Shown piece by piece: positions 1-10,170 of a DNA stretch of 64,000 nt. The notes under the pieces were generated by a model. The model was not told the DNA's origin. It made no database searches and was given only the letters and a program-made list of their open reading frames with translations. The translations under genes and the position numbers were made by a program. The DNA is from Calditrichia bacterium (GTDB taxonomy: Bacteria; Calditrichota; Calditrichia; JAJRVZ01), in assembly GCA_963796965.1 (NCBI GenBank), contig CAWCNS010000009.1, positions 576,001 to 640,000 on the forward strand, read 5' to 3'. Each line of letters opens with the position of its first letter. The first letter of the stretch is position 1.

Positions 1-131
1 AATGCTACCTTTTCAAGAAGATATGATTTCTTACTGGCAAGTATATTCTTGAAGCTGTTTTCAAGAGGCACTTGAGCATATGACCCATGAACAATTATTA
101 TAAATAGTAAACTGTAAACTACCTTTGCCAT
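1..131 (-). CDS. 5' part of a secreted protein, runs off the window edge
   Basis: Read by hand: GGAGAG RBS, ATG at 131, MAKVVYSLLFIIIVHGSYAQVPLENSFK... (signal-peptide-like), open to position 1. Confidence 0.6.
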   Translation of the reverse strand, partial: MAKVVYSLLFIIIVHGSYAQVPLENSFKNILASKKSYLLEKVA

Positions 132-464
132 TCACTCTCCGGAAATACGCTTTTATTTAGGATAAAAATTTATGCAACCTGTTTAATTCCTGACCCAATT
201 ATACTTAAAAATAATATCGATTTCATTACTAAATCTTGGAGATCGCCTCATAGATCTGAATATTCTGCATTTTTCCTGAGCTTGGATGGATTTTCTCAAG
301 AGTTCCATTTTTTAGATCTCGTTAAATCTTTCAAGCAACGAAAAAAACTGATAGGTACCGAGTGTAAAAGATACGAAATCAGCTTGGTCTGCAATTGTGT
401 TCATTGTCATGGTTTTTACCTAAAAAAATTCATATAATTACATAACTCAACCTTAGAGGATGCA

Positions 465-2959
465 ATGAAGACTATCAAATTATTCTATAACCTTTGTGAT
501 AATGATTTTTGTCACTGTTGGGATGTCTCAACCCTATGGGCTTAAAGAAAGAATACCAAACACCTCATTTATTATTTCTACAGTAGGAGATACATTAGCC
601 GAGATGGCGTTAGAAAGAGTATACAGTCTCTATCTTTTAATAGTCCTGTTCATCTTACCAACGCCGCCGATGGAACTGACCGTATATTTGTTGTAGAAAA
701 ATCCGGGATAATCAAAGTTTTTAATAACCAGGTTGATATCTCTTCTTCAAAAGTATTTTTAAATATCGCATCTAATGTAAATGCTACAAAGAGCGAGTCA
801 GGCCTTCTCAGCATGGCTTTTCATCCACTCTTCCCTGACAGCAACAAGTTCTATGTCTATTACAATTTTGGAAATCTAAACACCCGAATCTCTGAATTTT
901 CAGTATCTGAAGATATTGATCAGGCTGATCCAAATTCTGAGCGAATCATATTAGAACTTGCTCAACCTTATTCAAATCACAACGGGGGACAAATTGCTTT
1001 TGGCCCGGATGGGTATTTGTATATTGGTCTTGGTGACGGCGGAAGTGGAGAGGATCCGCTCGGAAACGGTCAAAACCGGATGACACTTCATGGGTCAATG
1101 TTGCGAATTGATATTGATCATTACAGCGCAGACGTACCTTATACCATTCCAGCAGATAATCCCTTTTTGGGAAACGTGAATCAATGGCGGGAGGAGATTT
1201 GGGCCTGGGGTTTGCGTAATCCCTGGCGATTTAGTTTTGACCGTCTTACAGGTCAACTATGGGCAGGAGATGTCGGGCAGTATCTTTGGGAAGAAGTGGA
1301 TATTATTGAAGGTGGAAAAAATTATGGCTGGAATGTCATGGAGGGATTTCATTGTTTTTCACCTGCGAGTGGATGTGATACCAGTGGATTGGTTTTACCA
1401 ATCGTCGAATATGATCATGATGCCGGCCGATCCATAACCGGTGGATTTGTCTATCGGGGCTCAAATCAATCTAGAGCTAGATGGTATATATATCTATGGT
1501 GATTATGCTTTAGGAACCATCTGGGGCCTGCGGTACGAAGATAGTAAAGTAATTGAGAACAAAATTATAGCAGAAAGCCCAATGGCTATTTCCAGTTTTG
1601 GGGAAGATGAAGCAGGAGAAGTTTATGTAGTCGGCTACTCTGGTTCGATTTACCGTTTTATCGAAAAGGAGGGGACCCCACCGACAAGTACTGTTCCTCA
1701 AACTATTGCCGAATCCGGATTATTTAAGAATATTGAAACATTAACCTTGGCCGATGGACTAATTCCCTATACCGTTAATGCCCAACTTTGGTCCGACAAT
1801 GCATTAAAAACCAGAATTCTTGCACTTCCGGATACCACAAAAGTTGAATTCTCACAAGAAGGAAACTGGAAGTTTCCACCAAATGCCGTGGTAGTCAAAA
1901 ACTTTTTTCTTGAAACTGAGCGTGGAAATCCGGAAAGCACAACAATCATCGAAACACGGTTTTTGGTAAGACATGCCAATAAGGAACAGTGGGATGGTTT
2001 TAGTTATCTCTGGAATGACAACAAACAGACGCCACGTTACTTGAGGGTAGTTACCTCCGGGAATTTATTATTAAAGAAGGAGACAGCTCCTATACACAAA
2101 ATTACTATTATCCAAGTCGCGCAGATTGTAAAGCCTGTCACACAGCCGCCTCGGGATTTATTTTGGGTCCTCGGACGGCACAATTGAACAAACAGCATTT
2201 ATATATGAGTGGATCTGATTCCGTGTGGGACAATCAGCTGCGTAGTTATAATAATATCCGTCTTTTTTCTAAAAACATTGGAGAAGATTATACAGATTTC
2301 CCCAAAATGCCTGATCCCTATGATAACTCAAAGAGTCTTGAAGTAAGAGCGCGATCTTATCTTGACGCCAATTGTTCAAATTGTCATCAACCCAAAAGTA
2401 GCGGACGAACCAATATGGATCTTCGTTTTAACATTCCCTTGGAAGCTGCCCATCTTATTGATATGCCTGCGGAAATCGATGATCTTGGCATTAGCAAGGG
2501 GCAGTAAGAATTAAACACGGTGCTGCTGATAGTTCGATCATTTTCCTTAGAATGCTGGATCTGGGTGAACATCGCATGCCCCCATTGGCAACATCTCTTA
2601 TCGACCAGAGTGGTACAAAACTAATCCGGGATTGGATTGACACCCTAGGCGTGGCTCTAGAATCTAGACAGAAGATCGACCATGGATTTACCAGAACAAT
2701 ACAATCTATTCCCTGCTTATCCAAATCCATTTAATCCCAACTACAATTATCAGATTATCAATTGCCCGTAATCAGTGATGTAGAATTACGTATTTTTAAT
2801 GTGCTTGGACAAAAGGTTGAGACGCTCGTTTCACAGAGACAACCAGCTGGAAAATATTATGTCCAATGGAATGCCAGTGGTTATGCAAGCGGAATTTATT
2901 ACTATCAATTGAGATCGGGCAATCGTATTCTAACCAGGAAAATGATATTGCTTAGATAA
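465..2959 (+). CDS. Secreted PQQ-dependent glucose/sorbosone dehydrogenase fused to a diheme c-type cytochrome domain and C-terminal sorting domain; split by at least 6 frameshifts
   Basis: ORF pieces 496-696, 813-1502, 1441-2187, 2163-2507, 2552-2734, 2762-2959 join into one protein. GSDH motifs NHNGGQIAFGPDGYLYIGLGDGG and GLRNPWRFSFD; heme motifs CKACH (2127-2141) and CSNCH (2373-2387); tail YPNPFNP...SGIYYYQL...KMILLR. Confidence 0.8.
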
Positions 2960-3029
2960 GGAAATATAGCCTACCGAAAGTATTACTTAGTTGTAAATAG
3001 TATCATCTACTCCCAATAGAGTTGATTTA

Positions 3030-3272
3030 TTTGACAGGATAACAGGATCTACAGGACTTTATTTAAACGGTTTTTATATAGAGATTCCGAATTCCCGATC
3101 TCTGATCGGGAGAATGACAACAACGTCACCCTGAATCCTGACCTGTCGTCAGGACAGGTTTATTTCTCCCTCCAAAGGAGTCCCCCTTTGGGAGAAGGAG
3201 TACTTTGGACAGGATCTCCCCTCTTCATTAAAAATAATATTTTTAACTGAAGAGCGGAGATCCTGTCTAAAA
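3030..3272. repeat. Cluster of nested short palindromic elements between convergent genes
   Basis: TCCCGATC-TCT-GATCGGGA, TCCTGAC-CTGTC-GTCAGGA, CCAAAGG..CCTTTGG and a long hairpin GACAGGATCTCC...GGAGATCCTGTC. Confidence 0.65.
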
Positions 3273-3294
3273 CTATATCTTGAATCAAATATAT

Positions 3295-4665
3295 CTATAT
3301 TTTGATCTCTGGTACAACAAACGGCTCACGATATTCACGTGTAAGGAGGCGACTGGCTTCTTCATCACCGATGATAACCTGCTTAACCGGATCAAAATTA
3401 ATTGTTCTGCCTACCCTGTATGCAATATTGGCCAGATGAATATTAGCACAGGTATAAAATCCTTCTTCTATTGGCGCGGTTAAGATACTTTTATCATCTG
3501 CACGGATAGCGTCTATATAATTTTGATAATGGTTACTGGTACCACTACCCGTTTGACCGGGCTCTCGATGTTTACCCATATAGGTTTTCCATTCGTTCAC
3601 CGTTTTTGTCATATAGCCTTCGGATCCATAAAATAAATTTCCAATAACATTTACATTACTGGTCATATAACCGCCTTCATCTTTTACATTGAATCCTTTG
3701 CTTAAATCACCCTCATTATTACAAATCCAATGCCGGACCTCAAACTGCATAATTTTCTTTTTTTCGCCACCACCTTTTTTATTTGGGAATTCCAATTGTG
3801 CCATCAGGACATTTGGCGTATTCTGATCATCATCAAACATAAAGTGGCCACCAATTGCACTTACTTTTGTGGGGAGTTTTACACCAAGCCCCCAGCGGGC
3901 GATATCAAATTCATGGACGCCCTGATTACCCATATCACCATTTCCATAATCCCAGTTCCAATGCCATTTATAATGAAAACGGTTTTGGGAAAATGGTCTC
4001 TTTGGTGCTGGTCCCGTCCAGAGATCATAATGAACGCCAGAAGGAACGGGCTCATCCGGTGTTTTACCAATTGTATCTCGCCATTTATAGCAAAGACCTT
4101 TTGCCAGATATACTTCTCCTAATTTTCCCGTGTGCAGGAAATCAGCCATAGTTTGTGCACAGGGATTACTACGTTGTTCCGCGCCATCCTGAATTAATTT
4201 CCCATATTTTTTGGCCGCTTTGACCAATTGCTGTCCTTCCCAGAAATTATGACAGCTCGGTTTTTCAACAGAAACATGTTTGCCTGCCTGAACGGACCAA
4301 ATGGATGCCAAGGTATGCCAGTGATTAGGAGTAACAATTGAAACCGCATCTATATCTTTGTCTTCCAACAATTTTCGAATGTCATGATATTCCTTGGGCT
4401 TGGGTAATCCCTTATCGATATAGTATTTCTGAACACGCTCCGGGAATAAATTTTCATCTACATCACAAAGGGCCATAACACTAACATTATCCAGATTTTG
4501 ATAGGCGCTTATATGACTTTTTCCCTGGCCACGAATTCCAATTACGGCAATATTAACCCTATCGTTTGCGCCGGCCCAGGACTTTGATGTACCCCATAAT
4601 AAGGGAGTTGCTGCTGTTGCCAATGCTGCTTTTTTGACAAATGATCTTCTCTTCATTGGATTCAT
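3295..4665 (-). CDS. Tat-exported Gfo/Idh/MocA family oxidoreductase
   Basis: KRRSFVK twin-arginine signal, NIAVIGIRGQG Rossmann motif, TPNHWH, EKP motif. Confidence 0.9.
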   Translation of the reverse strand: MNPMKRRSFVKKAALATAATPLLWGTSKSWAGANDRVNIAVIGIRGQGKSHISAYQNLDNVSVMALCDVDENLFPERVQKYYIDKGLPKPKEYHDIRKLLEDKDIDAVSIVTPNHWHTLASIWSVQAGKHVSVEKPSCHNFWEGQQLVKAAKKYGKLIQDGAEQRSNPCAQTMADFLHTGKLGEVYLAKGLCYKWRDTIGKTPDEPVPSGVHYDLWTGPAPKRPFSQNRFHYKWHWNWDYGNGDMGNQGVHEFDIARWGLGVKLPTKVSAIGGHFMFDDDQNTPNVLMAQLEFPNKKGGGEKKKIMQFEVRHWICNNEGDLSKGFNVKDEGGYMTSNVNVIGNLFYGSEGYMTKTVNEWKTYMGKHREPGQTGSGTSNHYQNYIDAIRADDKSILTAPIEEGFYTCANIHLANIAYRVGRTINFDPVKQVIIGDEEASRLLTREYREPFVVPEIKI

Positions 4666-4746
4666 AATCTATCTCCTTTTATAATAAATTTGAGCATTTA
4701 TATTTCTCTCGCAGAGGCACAAAGACGGAGAGTTAAAAACACTTCC

Positions 4747-5964
4747 TTACTTCTCGTAAATCACAAAGTGTCGAATAAATATATAAGCCAGGGGATGTAA
4801 AACACCCATCAGGATAAAAACCGGTATATAACCAAAATATTGCACCACAAAACCGGGAATTAATGCGGAAAGTAAGACCCCCCCAAATCCGCCTGCGAAA
4901 CCCGCAATGCCGGTTACAGATCCAACAGATTCCGATTTAAAACAATCACTGCACATAGTAAAAATATTAGCAGACCAGCTGTTGTGAGCCCCACAGGCAA
5001 CCCCAACCAAAATGATGGTTAACCAGGGATCATCTGCAAATACCGCATAAACAGTAAAAGGAAGAATTAATGCACTAAACATCATGGTTGTTTTCCGCGA
5101 TTTTTCCACCGACCAGCCATGCCTCATTAAATATCCGGGTATCCATCCACCAACAAATCCCATTAAGGTGGCAATGATGTAGATTAATGGTATGGCAAGA
5201 GCAATACCTTTTAAGTCAAATCCGCGTTGCGTGTTTAAATAGGTAGGCATCCAATATAAAAAAAACCACCATACTGGATCTGTTAGAAATTTGCCAATCA
5301 TGATTCCAATAGTTTGTTTTTGTTTTATCAGTTGGGACCATTCAATTTTAGACACCTTGGAGGGGATTTCTTTTGTAGGTGGTTTCCGGTAAAATATTTG
5401 CCAAAGTACGGCCAAAATTATTCCACTGGCTCCAAAGACTACAAAAGTAAGACGCCAGTCAAAGGTTGTCACAACAATAATGATGAGAGGTGCACCGATG
5501 ATTGATGAAATACTGGCACCACTATTGAAAAGAGCCGTGGCAAATGACCTTTTTTCCACTTTAAACCATTCTGAAACAGATTTTATCGCAGCCGGGAAAT
5601 TACCGGATGCAGATAATCCAAATATAGCCCGCCAGGCAGCAAGACAAAATCCGGAGGAACAAAATCCATGAAAAGCGCTGGATATCGACCAGGCAATGAT
5701 AGATAGAAGATAGCCAAGTTTTGTTCCTAATTTATCGATAACATATCCGAAACCGAGCAATCCGATTGTATAGGTAAATTGAAAGGAACCCAGAATTAAC
5801 CCATAGAGGACCGGACTAATGGCTATTTCTTTTTCAATCACAGGAAGGAGAACGGACAAAACGATACGATCAACATAGTTGATCGTAGTTCCTGCAAATA
5901 AGAGACTTAATACCAACCACTGGTAGTTGCTGTTTTTTTGATCCGGTATCTTTTTTTTAACCAT
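4747..5964 (-). CDS. MFS transporter, ExuT/hexuronate-like (ACS family)
   Basis: INYVDR, GNFPAAIKSVSEWF, FLTDPVWWFFLYWMP motifs; about 12 hydrophobic segments. Confidence 0.85.
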   Translation of the reverse strand: MVKKKIPDQKNSNYQWLVLSLLFAGTTINYVDRIVLSVLLPVIEKEIAISPVLYGLILGSFQFTYTIGLLGFGYVIDKLGTKLGYLLSIIAWSISSAFHGFCSSGFCLAAWRAIFGLSASGNFPAAIKSVSEWFKVEKRSFATALFNSGASISSIIGAPLIIIVVTTFDWRLTFVVFGASGIILAVLWQIFYRKPPTKEIPSKVSKIEWSQLIKQKQTIGIMIGKFLTDPVWWFFLYWMPTYLNTQRGFDLKGIALAIPLIYIIATLMGFVGGWIPGYLMRHGWSVEKSRKTTMMFSALILPFTVYAVFADDPWLTIILVGVACGAHNSWSANIFTMCSDCFKSESVGSVTGIAGFAGGFGGVLLSALIPGFVVQYFGYIPVFILMGVLHPLAYIFIRHFVIYEK

Positions 5965-6031
5965 GCTAAAATTTAGATCTAATTGTCACAAGTTTCTAGT
6001 CAATTGGTATCTGATTCTTGATAATTGACCA

Positions 6032-7195
6032 TTAATATTTTCCATACTTTAATACAGTCTCATACATTGACACTATATTTTCCGGTGGTATATCGGCTTG
6101 AATATTGTGGATTGTATTAAAAATAAATCCACCTCCTGGCGCAAGCAATTCAATATTTTTTTTAACCTCATCTTGCACGGACTGAGGTGTACCATTGGGT
6201 AACGTGTCCTGTGTATCAACCCCTCCTCCCCAGAAAACAATATCGTTACCAAAGTCCTTTTTAAGTTCTCCGGGCTCCATTCCTTCGGCCCTTATATGAA
6301 CAGGATTAATGATATCAATTCCCATTTCAATAAAATCGGGTAATATGGGGCGGATATTGCCGCAAGAATGGAAAAATATCTTGGCTTTCGGCGCTTTTGA
6401 CTTCATCAACGAAATGAGTTCAACTTGTCTTGGTTTTATAATCTCTCTGAATGTATCACCTGATATAAGTTGAGATGTTTGGGTTCCAAAATCATCTGCT
6501 TCTGCAATAACATCGACCACATCTCCTAACTCAGCTAACGCCATCTCCCAAAAGTCCATCTTCACTTTTAATATTTTATCGAGTAATAGACCGGCATTTT
6601 CTTTATCCAAAAGAAGATCCATCAGACTATTCTCCATACCTCGTAAACGAATTGCCATTTCCAACAAACCGGCACAGATACTTTTTAAAAAAACAGGGTA
6701 TCCATTTTTACGGTATTCAATCGCCTGATCCCTCAATCCGGCAATCCGACGCCTCGCTCCCCCCTCCGGCCAGGAGAATTCATCAAGATAGGTCCTTGAC
6801 AGTGTTTTATCTATCATGGGGCTTAAATATAGATCATACCATATGCCTTCTTTTTTACTCAAACGATACCCTAAACCCCATTCATCTATATGGTGCAGGT
6901 ATTGACCATCATCCTCATCGGTAAAATCATTGGCATTCATCAATGGCCACAATCCGCGGACATCAATCCCAAATTTATTTAAAATATCATTATCAGGAAT
7001 ACAAATCTGTTGTATCCGGTCTGGTATCTCCGGTTCCATTCCCGGCAAACCTAGATAGGCGCGCAGATTTTTATAGGCAATTCGGGATATAGCGGTAACT
7101 TGTGTGGACGCCAAATCTATGGGTATACGATCCGGTTCCTGATGATTTAAAGCTGCTAACAACCGTTCTCTGGAATTCAATAATTTCTCCACCAA
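6032..7195 (-). CDS. Uroporphyrinogen decarboxylase-like / MtaA-CmuA family protein
   Basis: SRERLLAALNHQEPDRIP, DDFGTQ, FFHSCG, FWGGGVDTQ, GGGFIFNTIHNIQ...PPEN. Confidence 0.85.
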   Translation of the reverse strand: MVEKLLNSRERLLAALNHQEPDRIPIDLASTQVTAISRIAYKNLRAYLGLPGMEPEIPDRIQQICIPDNDILNKFGIDVRGLWPLMNANDFTDEDDGQYLHHIDEWGLGYRLSKKEGIWYDLYLSPMIDKTLSRTYLDEFSWPEGGARRRIAGLRDQAIEYRKNGYPVFLKSICAGLLEMAIRLRGMENSLMDLLLDKENAGLLLDKILKVKMDFWEMALAELGDVVDVIAEADDFGTQTSQLISGDTFREIIKPRQVELISLMKSKAPKAKIFFHSCGNIRPILPDFIEMGIDIINPVHIRAEGMEPGELKKDFGNDIVFWGGGVDTQDTLPNGTPQSVQDEVKKNIELLAPGGGFIFNTIHNIQADIPPENIVSMYETVLKYGKY

Positions 7196-7400
7196 GGTTA
7201 GAATGCTTTACTATGAACATAGAAAATTAGGAGGAGATATTCAATAATCCACTTAAATATTTAATTACCAGGCAAAGAATATAAAACGACCAACACCAAG
7301 TGTTAAGGACACAGTATTTAGTAATTAGAGCTTAGTAAATCCTGTCATCCTGTTAAAATATTTTCTATATTATTCTATACATAAAAGGTTAGGGTTTATT

Positions 7401-8232
7401 ATGAAGCATCATGAAGCATCATTCAAAGGATCGGGAGATTTGGACATCTATTATCAGAGTTGGGCACCCGATTCTGAAAGTCGTGCTATTATAGCATTGG
7501 TACATGGCATTGGAGAACATAGTGGACGATATATGAATGTGGTTAACCACTTTGTTCCTCTTGGTTATACCATTTATGGAATCGATCATCGGGGACACGG
7601 AAAATCAGAAGGGAAAAAAGGTCATGTGATGGCCTGGTCAGAATTCAGAGATGATATTCACACCTATATAAATACTGTTCAAAAAGAGTGTGTAGGACAA
7701 CCCGTATTTATTATGGGGCATAGCCTTGGGGGTCTTATAACCCTTGATTATTCTTTGCATCATCCTGGAGATATCAGAGCAGTCATTGTCTCTAGCCCGG
7801 CTTTCAGCTAAACCAGGTGTTCCTGCTATTCTTTTGTTAATAAGCAGAATCATGTCTAAAATCTGGCCCGGTTTAACCATTGAAACAAAATTGGATATAG
7901 AAGCAATATCCCGTGATCCTGATGTGGTTCAGGCCTATAAGGATGATCCTCTTGTGCACGGGTTGGCATCTGCCCGGTTGGGTACAGAGTTTGAACGCTG
8001 TCGGGTTTCCACCTTATCAAAAGCGAAGGATTTTGACCTGCCCCTGTTACTATATCATGGAAAAGATGATCGTATTGTACCTTCTGGTGGTAGTGTTGAT
8101 TTTTATAAAGCACTCTCCGTTAAAGATAAAGAGTTTCATCTGCTTGATGGCGGATTTCATGAGCCTCATAATGATATAGACAAAGATAAAGTATTTAGTA
8201 TTATTGATAAGTGGATCAGGATTCATATTTGA
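7401..8232 (+). CDS. Alpha/beta hydrolase (lysophospholipase/monoacylglycerol lipase); one frameshift near 7805
   Basis: VHGIGEHSGRY, DHRGHG, GHSLGG nucleophile; second frame supplies HGKDDRIV and FHEPHND. Confidence 0.85.
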
Positions 8233-8433
8233 GGATGTCCCTTACCAGTCCCTAATTGGCAGAATAAATTTCCGTAGAAGATTTTTATTTTGCCGGTATA
8301 CAATCCGGATTGTGGGGTCATACCATTGCCTTGACAGTTGTACACAAGACAAGATTATTTCAAGCACTCTTTACAGGACTGCGAACAAAGAGGGCTTTTA
8401 ACTGGTTGGTAAAAGCCCTGATGCATGCACGGC

Positions 8434-8658
8434 TTAACTGGCTGCCTGTATACGGATAGACTCAGGTGTCATATGACCACTGGGCATCATGTCAACGGGA
8501 GGTGGCGCTCCATGTTCCTTCCGATATTGTTTTCTCTTACAATCATCCATCATTGGGCCCTCACAATATTGACGGATCCAACCCTGGCACAGGGTCTCTC
8601 TGGAGCTTTGGTATTTTTCAAAGTAACCGCATTTTTCCAGTAGTTCACACTTCTGCAT
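8434..8658 (-). CDS. Small Cys-rich protein (74 aa)
   Basis: GAGGA RBS before ATG at 8658; MQKCELLEKCGYF...LCQGWIRQYCEG...CKRKQYRKEHGAPPPVDMMPSG, 5 Cys. Confidence 0.7.
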   Translation of the reverse strand: MQKCELLEKCGYFEKYQSSRETLCQGWIRQYCEGPMMDDCKRKQYRKEHGAPPPVDMMPSGHMTPESIRIQAAS

Positions 8659-8962
8659 TGACTTATCCTCCTCTAATGAAATATTTCTCAAACTTTCATT
8701 TGTTTTCACCATATAGATATGATTCGGATCAATTTTCAAGAACTTTATATGATCTGCTATAAGTTAATTATCATTATAACTAAAAAGGGTTATAGATTCA
8801 TCTCCTTTCCCTGGTCCACGATTATTACCAAAAACAAATATGCAATCTTGCTTACACTTTCTAATAATAATATGTAACCAAGGAATATTATATATCGTAA
8901 TCAGTTATAATACTTAAACAGACGTAAACAGTCAGAATCTATCTTATTCGATAAATTTTACG

Positions 8963-8979
8963 AGTCTTTCAAATAGACT
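8963..8979. promoter_or_regulatory. Possible operator palindrome upstream of the cysteine operon
   Basis: AGTCT-N7-AGACT inverted repeat. Confidence 0.25.
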
Positions 8980-9059
8980 GAAAGTAATAATGAATTTCAT
9001 CTTGTTAACCAGATGTCGCCGCATGTAAGGGGTTTTTAAGGTTTCGAAGGATATAAAAA

Positions 9060-9119
9060 ATGAAAAAGAAAATTTTAAATATGAATTGTTGTTGTACCAA
9101 GTTTATAAGTGGGTCATAA
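9060..9119 (+). CDS. Cysteine attenuator leader peptide MKKKILNMNCCCTKFISGS
   Basis: GAAGGA RBS at 9046-9051, ATG 9060, three tandem TGT codons at 9087-9095, TAA 9117-9119; lies directly upstream of the terminator and cysM. Confidence 0.85.
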   Translation: MKKKILNMNCCCTKFISGS

Positions 9120-9154
9120 TAACCTGACAACAGGATTGTATTATCTAAACCCAC
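9109..9154 (+). promoter_or_regulatory. Antiterminator hairpin of the cys attenuator
   Basis: GTGGGT(9109-14)/ACCCAC(9149-54), ATAATA(9116-21)/TATTAT(9139-44), CCTG(9123-26)/CAGG(9131-34); sequesters the 5' arm of the terminator. Confidence 0.8.
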
Positions 9155-9181
9155 AGCCGATTTTGACTGTGGGTTTTTTTT
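9147..9181 (+). terminator. Intrinsic terminator (attenuator) upstream of cysM
   Basis: AAACCCACAG / CTGTGGGTTT stem with an 8-T run ending at 9181, 21 nt before the cysM ATG. Confidence 0.85.
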
Positions 9182-9202
9182 AATATTTAAAAGGATCGAA
9201 AA

Positions 9203-10170
9203 ATGAAAACTATCAATACTAAGAAAAATATAATAAAGTCTCATCATCCCAATTTAAAGCATTATCATTTGACCGATCATATCGGCAATACACCTCTTAT
9301 TGAATTAATGAATATCTCCGGATCTGTCAGACCTGTGAAGATTTTTGCCAAAGCAGAGTGGTTCAACCCTGGTGGTTCAATAAAGGATCGTGCGGCCTTG
9401 AATATGATTAGAGATGGAATTCAAACGGGTAAACTAAATCCATCCAAAACAATACTTGATGCCAGTTCAGGTAATACAGGCATAGCTCTGGCCATGATTG
9501 GCGCTTCTTTGGGGTACCGTGTTACACTTTGCATTCCGGAAAATGCTGGTGATCTTCACAAACAAATGATGGTTTCTTATGGTGCAAAATTGATTTATAC
9601 AGATCCTTTTAGTGGCACCGATGGCGCCATAGCAAAGGCCAGGGAAATAGTTGCCGAAAAACCTGATAAATTCTTTTATGTGGATCAATACAATAATCCC
9701 AAAAACTGGCAGGCTCATTATGAGGGCACTGGACCGGAAATAACTTATCAGACCCGGGCGCGATTACTCATTTTGTTGCCGGACTAGGATCCAGTGGTAC
9801 TTTTGTCGGTACAGGACGCTGGTTAAAAAAATATGACCCTGATATAAAATTAATATCAGTACAGCCCGATTCACCACTCCATGGTATGGAAGGAATGAAA
9901 CATATGGAAACAGCTCTTATACCCGGAATTTATGATTCTGACCTTGCCGATAGAAATGTTGAAATTTCTACCGAGGAAGCTCAAACAATGGTTCATCGTT
10001 TAGCTAGGGAAGAAGGTCTTTTGGTGGGTAATTCTGCAGGAGGTGTTATGGCAGTTGCACTCAAAATTGCAGAGGGTCTTCCCTCTGGTCAAATTATCAT
10101 TATCTTTGCTGATGGTGCTTTTAAATACATGAACCAACCATTCTGGAAGGATTCATATCATGAAAATTAA
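9203..10170 (+). CDS. cysM: PLP-dependent cysteine synthase (CysM-like); one frameshift near 9757
   Basis: IGNTPL, KAEWFNPGGSIKDR (PLP lysine), ASSGNTG; shifted frame gives ITHFVAGLGSSGT and continues into ORF 9886-10170. Confidence 0.85.

Noticed and set aside
184..410. Short minus-strand frames (MTMNTIADQ... and MELLRKSIQ...)
   Set aside because: Interrupted by a stop, no recognisable motif, weak RBS; cannot be supported as a gene
8940..9200. SAM-I riboswitch or T-box upstream of cysM
   Set aside because: No ATCxAGAG...GCAACC core or T-box AAGGTGGxACC motif seen; the uORF attenuator explains the hairpins
9005..9247. 80-aa minus-strand ORF over the attenuator
   Set aside because: Low-complexity antisense frame across a regulatory region with a clear plus-strand explanation
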